NCBI GenBank assembly: GCA_002633005.1
Contig: NMRA01000368.1
Location: forward strand, 110,166-174,165
Direction: 5' to 3'
Length of the DNA stretch: 64,000 nt
DNA from: Phoronis australis
Lineage: Eukaryota; Animalia; Phoronida
Shown: positions 26,968 through 38,451 of the stretch, piece by piece
Position numbering within the stretch: the stretch's first letter is position 1
Layout: the number at the start of each line of letters is the position of its first letter
Position numbers and translations under genes: made by a program
Notes under the pieces: generated by a model
Told to the model about the DNA's origin: nothing
The model's input: only the letters and a program-made list of their open reading frames with translations
The model's database searches: none

Positions 26968-29218
26968 TTTGTTGTTACATATTTTTTTTAATTGAACTAA
27001 TTGAGTAAATGAATTCCCTTTGTCTCTGTATTGTGCCATAAATTGTTAAGATGTATTTGTATGATGTACTAAGAAAATATTTGTTGTAATGTGCATTCCA
27101 GTGTACACACAACAAGTTCAGCTGAACAACATGCAGGTACAGGTGTAGCGTCAATATAAAAATCTCGTTTGAGCAAGGTTGCCGTCCTCTGTGGTTCCGT
27201 CCATTTGGTTTTATTTAAAACATTCATGCCATCATACTCATCTATTTATAGTTGTCTAACGGAGGTAAAATTCTTCCGTCACTGGTTGAGTAGTCTCTTT
27301 TTCAATTTCCTATATGTCTGTTTTTCATTTTTTGTGCTTTTTATGTCCACTGTGGCAGCTTCCCCAGGAAATAGTTTTGATTTGTGTTAGTCCTCTCACT
27401 TGTAGCACATTAGTAGAATCTCTCATACCCATGGTGGAAGTTTACTCAGACATTCATAAATCACAAATTGATGGTTATTTAATGATGATTATTCCTCTGG
27501 TCCAAATTCCAATGTGGAACATTTACCTGACAGGACCCTCTTGTTTATCCTGCTAAATGCAGAATAGATTTTCAGGATTTTATGAAATGGCTTATGTCAG
27601 CAATCATAGTGGAACCTTTTGGATACTAAATTTCCTTTATTTGCAAGCTGTGTATTTATTGGCTTTTGTAGCTTCAGGACGCTTTCCAAGTCCATCCTAA
27701 GACTTAAGCAATATCATTTTGTATTGACAGTAATCAATAGAGTGTGGAGATTGGAAACTATGACATTATGAGCTTGTTGAAAAGTTTATTTTGGCTTAAG
27801 TTTTCAAAGGGTTGTACAGTGATAAGAAGCTGACTTTATCTGTTTGAAGCCTGAGGGGATGCCACATGGAATAACACCTCTTGTTTCATATTTAAGTGCA
27901 CTTAAGGACAGTTCATGTTGACCTGATTGGCCTATTGGTTACATAATATTGTTCTTGTATTATGTACAGGAGCACCATGCCAACATGAGATTATGATGAC
28001 TGGGCTACAATCTGGCACCTGAACATGGGTCACTAAGTACCTTGGATATTCTACCACCAGAGGGGGTACTCTGATTGACACGGCACATAGGCAGTTCTTG
28101 AGCAACTAATGCATAGTCCCTAGTTTTTCGCGATGATGGAAAATGGACGGAATTCACAAAATCTGATGTCTTCCATGGAATTAGAGATTTGAGAATTTCT
28201 AAATACTATAGCACATATCGTGATTCCAATATTTTTGTTATTGAATTTCTAAAAAATTAAGGATACAAGCCATCAAATTTGACAGGTTCTGGCTACAAAT
28301 CGATCAAAGCGGATATTGAAGCAGACACATTCTAGTGGTTGTTCATTCTTCTTGAGGGGGGTGCTGATGTCTTTCCAGATTTATGAAGCAAGAAACATGG
28401 TGTGCCGCTGCAGGATATCGCTAAAATAGAGTTGTGGCACAAATTTTCTGGAAGGCAATTTCCAGAGATTTCACTGTTACTTTTCACTTTGGAATTGTAA
28501 AATGTAATTTGATATCTTACAAAAGGAAAAAATGGAATTTACGTGTGATAGAACAGATTTATCTGCTTTTCAAAACAAAAAATAGAGTCACTAAATACAT
28601 TGCATAGATGCCGTTCAATTAAACGCAGATCTTATCTGTGGTCTGCCACCTGAAAAAAGAACATTAAGACAAGATGTCAAATATGCTTCCTTCCCCTGCC
28701 TCAAGAGGCAAAACTGCCTTATGCATGAGAAGTAAATTTGAAGCTATATGGAATGCAAAAAGTCGAAACATTATATAGTATTTAGAAAAACAAACAATTT
28801 ATGGGCATTGGTGCATGCTGTACTGATTGTGGACAAAATACAAACACTACCAGCTTGTAACTTTAAACATCAACAACATTATCTTGTTGTCCTGAATAAC
28901 ATGAGTCGCGTGCACGCCTCGAATAGTTTTGACTTATGATGATTTTGAGGCGATTTCAGTCATTATGTATTATTGATTGTCTTGTTAAGTGTCAGACAAT
29001 CTAGCCATTTGTGACCGCAACAGTGTAAAATTTCAATTTTTCGGGTGACAAACAGTACGACTTTTTAGCCGATGACTTAGTTCATCTGAAAGGACTCCTC
29101 CCATGTCACTGTCACCAAGTCAAGTGTACTATTTGCAAGGGAATAAATGAACGAATGAGCAATAGAATTGGAAATGAAAGCGTTAGATTTTGATGAACCA
29201 GTGGCAGTTTGAGTGCTT

Positions 29219-29336
29219 TTGTAATCTGCAAATAATGCTCATGAAATCTGTAAACAATGCTCCTGAAATTTGTAAATAATGCCCCTGAAATCTGTGAATA
29301 ATGCTTGAGAAATCCGTAAATAATGCTCCTGAAATA
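29219..29336. repeat. 22-bp minisatellite, about 5 copies
   Basis: Unit approximately CTGAAATCTGTAAATAATGCTC. Confidence 0.8.
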
Positions 29337-29621
29337 AGGTGCTGTTAAGATATGACAGCATGTGAACATTCTGGTATAAGTTTTTTATTACACGATGCTG
29401 ATGATATTACCTAATGCAAAAGTGTGTTGTCATTTTTGGATGTTTCTAAAAGTTTTATTTCCAGTTGAGATATTCATAGTGTGATATTGCCTGCCACAGT
29501 GTTTTTACAATCTGTACATCTTGTTTACACAAACAACAGCACCACCTATTGTTAAGCCTTGAAAACGAGTCCTGAATGAAGACTTGAGTGGTTGATCTGG
29601 CAAGACAGTAGAATAATTATA

Positions 29622-29926
29622 CACGGGTGAGAAACAACATGACCGCCGGTCCTCTTAAATCGGACCGCCTCACCCAAAACAGGACCTCTGGGGATCAAAC
29701 GGGGCCGTCGCACCAGAAAATGTGACTGACGCACCTAAAAACATGACCGCCCCACCAGAAAACAGGACCGCCGGGGACTGAACATGACCGCCGGGGCCTG
29801 AACACGACCGCCGGACAATATGCGGTTTCAATCCTCGGCGACGGTCCCATTTGATCCCCAGAGGTCCTGTTTTGGATGAGTCAGTCCGATTTAGAGGAGC
29901 GACGTTCATGTTGTTTCTCACCAGTG
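29622..29926. mobile_element. CAC..GTG MITE with ~90-bp TIRs and 5-bp TSD (Transib-like)
   Basis: CACGGGTGAGAAACAACATGA.. / ..TCATGTTGTTTCTCACCAGTG; TTATA on both flanks; internal ATGACCGCC repeats. Confidence 0.8.
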
Positions 29927-30535
29927 TTATATAGTCTTCTCTTCATGCTCACACATGTGTTGCAGCCTGTGTTTTGATTGGTTGTTTTCAAGTGAACATT
30001 TGAAAGTGCCCTGTTTTGTATTTTCCCATGTTTAAACTTTTTGGTCATGAAGTTGTTTTTATTAACTGTCCAGCTGCAGCTTTGTTGCTATTTTGCTGCT
30101 ATAGATGAAATTTATTTAGAATTAGAAATAATTGCTGAATGTGTATTTGCCATTAACATTTTATGCACCCTCAAATTATTTTGTGGTTGCNCCATTTGAT
30201 CCCCGGAGGTCCTGTTTTGGATGAGTCAGTCCGATTTAGAGGAGCGGCGTTCATGTTGTTTCTCACCAGTGTTATATACTCTTCTCTTCATGCTCACACA
30301 TGTGTTGCAGCCTGTGTTTTGATTGGTTGTTTTCAAGTGAACATTTGAAAGTGCCCTGTTTTGTATTTTCCCATGTTTAAACTTTTTGGTCATGAAGTTG
30401 TTTTTATTAACTGTCCAGCTGCAGCTTTGTTGCTATTTTGCTGCTATAGATGAAATTTATGTAGAATTAGAAATAATTGCTGAATGTGTATTTGCCATTA
30501 ACATTTTATGCACCCTCAAATTATTTTGTGGTTGC
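29847..30535. repeat. ~344-bp near-identical tandem duplication across N at 30191
   Basis: 29847-30190 nearly equals 30192-30535; probable assembly or haplotype overlap. Confidence 0.85.
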
Positions 30536-31360
30536 ATTTAGTTTGCATCCTGTCTGTCCAATGTCCATCTGTCCATCAGTTTGTCTGTCATCTGTCCTCA
30601 AATAGCCTTTGCAGGGTGAAATATGGCACAGAATTACTTTGTTACAGGGATGTGCCAGCAACAGTCGATTTTCAGGGGGATTTATACTGTGACACCCTCT
30701 ATTAGCTGTTTTAGTTGTTCCTTGTCTGTCTACTTTTTACACAATGACTCCACAGTCTTGTAGAAACCTAATGGAAAGGTATGCGGTGACACTGTTGTAT
30801 CGGTCTATTTACGGTCGGGTTTAACTATTACTACTAGACATCTCTATTGGCCATTTTATTGTTTGAAAAGAAATTCCTTATGCAGACGCCATTCGCACTC
30901 AACTACCATGGCACCCCTGTTGCTTTTAATTTTTGACAAGATGTACCTTTTCCACCAATTGTCAAAACAGCTCGACAGATATTGAAGGAACTTCAGACAG
31001 AGATTTGTGGCTGGGATGTGCCGGCACCAGTTGATTTTTTGCACAGATGTGACTGCAGCAGCACCCCCTTTTGGCAATTTTAGTTTTTGAAGGGAGCTAT
31101 TGTCTGCCAGTTATTGCCAAATAGGCTTGGAAGATTTTGGTACTGACTTTGACACAAGATATATGATGGGTATGCAGTTGATTGTCGGCTAGATTGGTTA
31201 TTAATTGTCAAAACTGTTTGACAGACTTTCATGAAATTTGACACAAGGCTTCATTTTTGGGACCTGCAGTTACCAGTTGATTATAGTGCAGATTAGACTG
31301 GTGTTGTACCTCCTGTTAGTACTTTAGTTTTTGGCGAGATAATGTTTGTCTGTTTAGAAT
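30504..31360 (+). mobile_element. Helentron/HINE (DINE-1-like) repeat, copy 1
   Basis: TTTTATGCACCC..GGTTGCAT hairpin, then a (GTCY)n tract, then internal repeats with TTTCATGAAATTTG and GCACCCCC..TGGC blocks. Confidence 0.55.
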
Positions 31361-32651
31361 TGTAAAAGAGCTCGACACCTTGATGGTGTATATCCATCTT
31401 CTATCTCGTCAGTCTTTATATGTATTATGTGATGTTAATCAACACCTTGGAAGCATACCGTTTGTGTGCAGTCATGGGTGCATTTCAACGCTTTGCGTTG
31501 TTAGTTATTGTAAATGTTGTGCCAGTGATCAGTGTTTCATTTTAAGTCCCAAAATTAACTTTACTTTGAAAGCAATTATTAAATTATTGTACTCCTTGGA
31601 ATTATCACTCTTGTCTCTTAATTGGGTTACTGAAAATCCAAATAAGGATTAAAGGGGGCATGGAGTTTTTGAGAAGTGGGGTGTCAGTTTGGATGAACTG
31701 GCCGTACTCGTGTCAAGAATCAATCGGAATTCTATGGTTTTAATAAAGAAACTTGAAAGTTGCATAACACGAAAACAAACTGATAATTTTGAAAACATAA
31801 CAGTGTATTCAGTTTGAACATTTATATCAAATGAAATTTGGTCATCTTATTTATAGCGTTTTGATATGGATGGAACTTTCTTCTTTGCTAAAAAATGTAC
31901 TAACGTGACCCAAATTATGGGAAGTTTAAGGCAATCATCAAAGTCTTAAAGCTTTCTACATTCTGAAAATATATTTTTACTGAGTTAAAATCGATAACTT
32001 TGTTGATATTTGGCTAAATAGATAGATTATTTGATGAGGTCTGATAAAACTTTATGGAGTGTCAGTATCCTACATGGGAGTTAACGTTGGCATAAGACTG
32101 GCATTCAAAAGACACTGCACTTTAAGGAAGTCTTCATCTTATAAATTGGGGGTTGGGGGTTGGAAGCGCAGGTGAGCATTTGAAAGTGCCGGTTTCGAAA
32201 TTTTGCGGTTGACCAGTGGAAAATGAGCATTAACCCAGAGAAGTCCGGCTCATTTTGTTGAAAATGAAAAACTGATCACTGATCATTGTTTGTAGTGAGA
32301 CTATGTGTGCTTTCAGAGGCTAAATGTGAACAACTTCAGTTCAAAATGTAGATAAAACATGTTTGAAAAAATTTAATGTGCCAGTAATACCCAGGTGTAG
32401 TACAGTTATGAAAAATCAAATGTATGTATAAAATTAACGTTATTTCAGAAACTGAATTCTTTCTTATTGCAAGAGCAGAACCAAATCAAGTGCCTTTGAA
32501 AAACAAGTGTGTCCCACCGTAGTTGTTACATTACTTAGTTGTGAACCTAGATTGCGCACACATAGTCTCCCTTTGATTTTTGTCACTTGAGTTATAATTT
32601 GTTGTGTTTTAGCCTGGTGAACCTTGAAGGGTTTGGTTATTATTTTTCTAG

Positions 32652-32948
32652 CTGCACGGCCGTGGCACTTCACTGACTCTCCCGAGTCAGTTACAGAGGC
32701 CGTAGAAAGCTCATCAATACGACTCAAGTGTCGTGTAAATAGTCGCTTGCATCTACAATTCTTTTGGACATTAAATGACTCAATTATTGAGGAAACAGAT
32801 GCCGCATCGAGACGGTATCAAAATGACACTGATTTGATAATCAACGAAGTTACGCGTGGCGAGGATGAGGGATTTTACCAATGTATTGTGTACAATGTGT
32901 CTTCGGGAAATGTGCTGAAAAGTCCGTTAAGCACATTAGAAATTCTCA
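32652..32948 (+). CDS. Multiplexin-like collagen exon: Ig (I-set) domain, PTK7/Off-track Ig1-like; phase 1-1
   Basis: Acceptor tatttttctag| and donor |gtaagt; 297 nt = 99 codons. Peptide ARPWHFTDSPES..IRLKCRV..FFWTLND..RRYQNDTDLIINEVTRGEDEGFYQCIVYNVSSGNVLKSPLSTLEIL has the Ig B-strand Cys, C-strand Trp and DxGxYxC. Confidence 0.85.
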
Positions 32949-34084
32949 GTAAGTAGGCGGGCATATTGGTGCTATGGACTGATTGCTGACGGCCATCTTG
33001 GATTACCTTTGCTTTTGCTTGGTGTTTATTTTTCAGATTTCCTCATCTGCTTTGCTTACATTGACAGTGGTGGCTTACTGCTTTAATACGAACAGCTTTA
33101 ACTGAAATACTGTTTGAAGACTGCTTTTGACTGCTTTGATCTTCTGTGTCTGTTACACTGAATAAAATACAATATAACATGACATTGGTAGTGTAATACT
33201 TTGTGTGGTGGTGTTTTAACAGGACTAACCATAAGCTTTCCCCATCCAAAGTAAAATAACAAATCAAATGTTATTGAAGCCTGTTATTCTGAATATTTTA
33301 CAACAGTTTGAAAATGACGGAAGCTAGTTATTGTAGCTCAACTTCTGTAGTATTCACTTGACTCTCCATTAGTTACTTACTGTATTGTGACATATACAAC
33401 GAATGGCGTATGAATGGCATATCCCAAAATTAGCTAACGAAATAGTTTCTCTAATTTTCCCTTGACTTGAATGTGTTTAGTATTCAACACAACTTACCTC
33501 ATAACGACACCAAGCACATAGTCATTTAAAGATATATAATGCAATGAAATTGTTTCTCATAATTGTTTTTATACACATGTATAAGATAATTCAATAGTGA
33601 TTTTCAATGTGATTATGTTCATTTGTGATCTTCAATTTCTTTCTCAATGCTTGCTGTTTGTGTTCCATCAAGACCATACTGGCAGCTTATGTGTTCTCTT
33701 GGAGTGGGAAGGCCAAGCAAACTTCTTTCATCTTTGCTACTGTGTTCTTGGCTAATTTTGCAAACATTAGTGTCTAAGAAATGTCCCGTCTGAATCTAAA
33801 AAGACAGCCATGTTCCCATGGTGGTGTTAAATTTTGGCCTTGCAAAAAGTTGAACTTGATATGAGCAATGATAATTTTTATTACAAATAGTGGGTGTCTC
33901 CATACATTCTATGCATCATCTTGAGTTCAAAGACAAAGTATTATTTCTTATCTTGGACTCCTTGACATGGAATTTAAGGGGCGGGTCTACATTTTCAGGG
34001 ACAGAGGGTTTATTGTACCAGCAGTGCCGTTATGCTGTGTCATTAGAAAATTTTTTGTTATCTATTGGGGAAATACCCCCATAA

Positions 34085-34408
34085 GGCCCTTTCGTACTAA
34101 CTTAACTCTGGTATGAGAGATCAGCATTCGATGTGAACTGTTCATACCATCTTCGTGATTTAACCAACATGGAAGTAAATGCCATGGTAGTTGATGCTGT
34201 CGTCATGGAAGTTAAATCGTCATGAGATGGAAGCTAACCGTTCACATCGCTGCCGAAGTGTCGATGTCCTGTCATTAAATCCACCTTTATACTGGGAAGT
34301 TATCTGCTGCTGTTCTGTTTGATCTTGAGAACCAAATTTACCGGTAACTTTTCAAACTGACCACAACTCCGCAAAACATCATCGCCTCAATGTTAGTACG
34401 AAAGGGTC
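34085..34408. mobile_element. PIF/Harbinger-like MITE, copy 2
   Basis: TIR GGCCCTTTCGTACTAAC / GTTAGTACGAAAGGGTC, preceded by TAA; shares CTTAACTCTGG, GATGCTGT and CAAAACATC blocks with copy 1. Confidence 0.65.
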
Positions 34409-34699
34409 AATTGAGGGCTTGAGAATTTGTAATTTTTTATTGTGTAGTGTGTGTGTCCTTAAATTCTGTTGGCATACAAAATTAAAATTAACAGTAAACA
34501 AATGAATGTCGATTAAGTGCAACTATTTTGTCTTCGAACTCACGAGCTCACGGAAACTGAAAAAGATTGAAATATTTTCACTGAAAACATGCATGCGATC
34601 TTTCTGTGTTTATTCCAGTTAGATGATGCTACGAATATTAGTATCAATTCTTGATCAGTTTGTCATTCTGTTTTACATATATTGATGGACGTGTTTCAG

Positions 34700-34897
34700 C
34701 TGTTACGCCATGTAACCTACAAAAACAGGAAGCTAAGCAAAATGGCCTGCTGGGAACATTTGTGCCGCAATGCACTGAATCAGGCGAATATCAGATGAAA
34801 CAGTGTCATGGCAGCACAGGGCAATGTTGGTGTGTGGATTCAGATGGTGTTGAGATACCCAACACCAAAGTTCATCTGCCAATCACACCAGAATGTG
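34700..34897 (+). CDS. Multiplexin-like collagen exon: thyroglobulin type-1 domain; phase 1-1
   Basis: gtgtttcag| ... |gtatgt; 198 nt = 66 codons. VTPC..FVPQCTESGEYQMKQCHGSTGQCWCVDSDGVEIPNTK..PEC has six Cys with the QC and CWCV signatures. Confidence 0.9.
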
Positions 34898-35000
34898 GTA
34901 TGTATACAATGGCAGGCACCACCTTACAACCAGGGGCAAGACATAGGTGGATACAATTTTTGTGTCACATGAAATGTAAAATTTAAAGTGAAGTTATAAA

Positions 35001-35438
35001 TTGATAGTTTATTATTTTCACTGCCAGAAAAGCATAATACTTTGATAGTTTCGGCCCCTATCAGCAGCCATCTCCCGAAGTTATTGGACACTAGGTGGCA
35101 TGGTGATCAGGCTGTTCCCAAATTTTAGACAACTTATACCTTCCATCGTCCTTGTTCATAACAGAGCCAATTTTTTTACTCGGATAGACTCTCTTATCTG
35201 TCTAGATCTTAAATTATTTTTCGACTAAACAAGATTGGCATCATCCCAGTTAATTAAATGATTAAAACCAAGAGCATGAACAGTCACTACAGATTTGTTA
35301 CTAGAACTCTGAGACCATCTCCTCTCTAAACGTGTGACCCTACGCTGGGATAACTCATCCACCTCCTTTCTGTGTTTCGGAGTCGAAACTGTCAAAGTAT
35401 TAAATGCTTTTCAGGTTGTGAAAATATGAAACCATCAA
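35001..35438. mobile_element. MITE/foldback with ~60-bp imperfect TIRs
   Basis: TTGATAGTTT..TTTTCAC..GAAAAGCATAATACTTTGATAGTTTCG is inverted to CGAAACTGTCAAAGTATTAAATGCTTTTC..GTGAAAATATGAAACCATCAA. Confidence 0.6.
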
Positions 35439-37053
35439 TAAGTAATCTACCAACCTTGTGAAATTATTTAGTGTTAAAGTGAAAAAATGCTTTTATGCTT
35501 CTTTATTTTGATGCAGTGAAATTAAATTCTGGACTCTTCTTGGCAAGGACCTTTTTAAAAACCAAAGTTGAAATAATCCAATTCTAGCTCACTGCTAACT
35601 GCATTATGAGATTTCATGAAATGTGCAGGCAGATCTCAGATGTTTCATTTTAATGTGTGGATTCTTATTGTGAACAGACGTATTGATGTTAACTCCACTT
35701 TTCTCCAGTTCTTCCTGTAGTTCCATTGCTTTGTCTCTGTGATACAGAGTGAACTTTAGTGCAGTGTTTTCTTATGCTGTTTTGTGCAGTATATGCTCAT
35801 TTCTTGATATATTTGAGTATGGTCTCCTTGTTGTTTTACGTCTGCACGCTGTCTTAGTTGGCCTTTTCCCTTGCGCACTGCCTCTGACTGTTGGAGTTGA
35901 CAAACGCACTTTTGGGACATTATTTTCGGCCTGGCTGTTTTTTTTTTGCTCCCCTTAAACTTGTTTGTGGGCCATTTTACATTGCCTGACTGTTTTTATG
36001 CAAACATTTTGAGTGTGGGGTTTTTGGGCCTTGTTTACTACCTATGCTCAGTGAGTGACCCTTGGCTCTTTGTTCTCGTTGATGCTCAGTGCATGAGCTG
36101 CCGAGTACTGGAAAATTTCACCTTAATTCAGTGGTATTACGCAAATTAAGGTGGAAGTTTAAAATAGTGAGTACAATTGTGTTACAAATGTTATGCTCAA
36201 GGCAGGCCTGCTGACGCTACTTCAACATTCCCACATTGGAATAAGATTTCGTTATTACATGATATGAAAAGTATAGTTTAACAACCAGGGACAAATTCCC
36301 AATGGTGTGATGCAGTGCTACTGTTGCTGTTCAGCTTATAACTTGACAAAGTTGTACATTAATGAGCCCTGGGCTGCATTCAAAGGTTAGTCAATTGTGA
36401 GTTTGGAGAGATATCGGATGTCTTGGTGAAATATTGCCATACATCACATGTGAAGCATTAATTTTATGATCTCACCATTTATGCAACAGGATCCTGCTAA
36501 AGATAAGTAACATACAAATAAAATTTTTTTGGTTGAGCCACTTTCATAAAGTTCTTTTCACTCCCGTCTGGGCTGGGTTGTATGAAACTTCAAATCTTTT
36601 ACTCTAGATAAGTTACATTATTGCATGGTGTCGGGTACATTGTTCAACAATAGCAGCGTGTCACGTGATAATGCGACATCATCGTTGCCATCCGATCCAG
36701 CATATAATTATGTAACTGAGTGTCATTTCATTTTTGTCCTACGAGTGTGGTATTAATGAGAAATGCCCTATCCTAGTCGTGATTTTATTCTTCTTTTGAC
36801 CTAATATAAGTAAAGGCACTTTGTGGAGAATTTTAAACTTTTCAGATTATGAGTATCTGTAGTCGGTGATTGGCGACAAAAGATTATATTGAGATACAAA
36901 CCTCCTCGCTTTTTTTTGTCTCTAATTACAAGTTCTTTGTGTGCAATTATTTGTTTTTCGTTTGACTATTTATTTTCTTTTCTGTCTTCGTGGCTTTAAA
37001 GTTGGTTTAGAGTACTCTACACTTCAGTAGCATGATATTCTACACTGTTTCAG

Positions 37054-37607
37054 AACCCAAAGACATTGACCTGTTGGAACTAATCGGTGTACCGTCCGAA
37101 GACAACCCTCATATTTCCTATAGCACCGGTGAGGATAATCTCCCAGCATTTCAAATTAAAAGCACAGCTAACATTGGCATGCACATCTCACGATCGAAGA
37201 TCCCGCGTCATATGTACGAAGACTTCTCCATACTCGCCATATTCAAACCAGATCGCATAAACGCTGGCATGCTGTTTGCTATTGCCAGTCCAGATGACCG
37301 CGTCCTACAATTGGCCGTTATGGTGATGGAGAGTAAAGCTGGTGGAGAGGAGTTAAATGATGTGACACTGTTTTACACCTACAAGGACAGCCCAACCAGC
37401 AAGCCTATTGCCAAATTCACCATACCCAAGTCTTACAAAAGATGGACTCGTCTCGCACTATCAGTCAAAGGAGACACCATTGTGCTGTACTACAATTGTA
37501 AGGAGAAGGAAGCTACTTTCTATGACCGTGTGAAGCGCTTGGAGTTTTACAAGAAGTCCAAGGTCTACGTAGCCCAGGCAGGCAGTTACATCGAAAATAA
37601 ATTTGAG
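37054..37607 (+). CDS. COL15A1/COL18A1-like: Collagen XV/XVIII-like TSPN (LamG-like) domain, main exon; phase 1-0
   Basis: tgtttcag| ... |gttagt; 554 nt. IDLLELIGVP, PAFQI..ANIG, EDFSILAIFKP, GMLFAI, WTRLALSVKGDTIVLYYNC and VYVAQAG..KFE match the multiplexin N-terminal TSPN pattern. Confidence 0.9.
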
Positions 37608-37985
37608 GTTAGTTAAAGAGAAAATTCTGGTCCTTTTCTCAAAGTGTGATAATTGTGGCTCACCAGTGGTACTTGTTAACAAAATCATTGGTCTACATAT
37701 TGCATTCCCGAGACATGCAAAAGGTTGCCATGCTGTGAACATCCCCTTGAAAAAAGGTTGTGGTGGAATTTATCAGGATGTCAAATACATTAGTAAATAC
37801 ACTTTATGCTTTACATCCAATTGAAAGATAAGTTGAAAAAATTACCAGAAATTTTCAGCTTCTCACATATCATGGCTGAAGCCTTCATCAGTGTGATGCC
37901 TTGCCGCTAGCCGCTAGGTGTCGCTGGGCGTAATTTATGGTGGTACACAGGGATGAGTCTGTAAGTGCCACAATCTATGTTTGTA

Positions 37986-38178
37986 GGATTTGCTGCTTTT
38001 AAATCCAGACCACCTCCTTGATCCTTCTTGCTTAATCGTTGGCTTCTCTGTTGACTTAGGTGGGTCTGACCACAGATGTACTAGATTGGTCCTGGTGCCA
38101 CCTTAGTCATTAGAGAACCTAATGATTAGGCAAGAACGATCAGGGAGGCGGTCTGGATTTAAAAATGGCATAATCGTG
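37986..38178. repeat. Imperfect ~190-bp inverted repeat (arms ~78 bp)
   Basis: TTTTAAATCCAGACCACCTCCTTGATCCTTCTTGC..GACTTAGGTGG versus CCACCTTAGTC..GCAAGAACGATCAGGGAGGCGGTCTGGATTTAAAA. Confidence 0.75.
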
Positions 38179-38379
38179 TGATTTAAATTAATAACAACAT
38201 TGAAGTACAGAAATGGGGCACAATTTTGTTGAAAGATGGGAAATAAAGACTATAAATAAAAGTTGTGGTAAAGGTGCCGTTTTGCCTCTTAAAGATCTTT
38301 GTTTTGGCTAAAAAGGGCATTGTCTTGTCAGTGTGAGGTATTATCTCAGTATCATTGTGAGTGTCACATTCTGTTATAG

Positions 38380-38451
38380 GGAATTATACAAAAGCTACAC
38401 TTGTACAGTGACCCCAACGAGGCAGCCAGACAGTGCAAGAAAGGCCAGGAT
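38380..38451 (+). CDS. COL15A1/COL18A1-like: TSPN C-terminal exon (GIIQKLHLYSDPNEAARQCKKGQD); phase 0-0
   Basis: ctgttatag| ... |gtaagt; 72 nt. Supplies the expected F(E/Q)G.IQ.L...DP..A..QC end of TSPN. Not in the ORF track. Confidence 0.9.
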
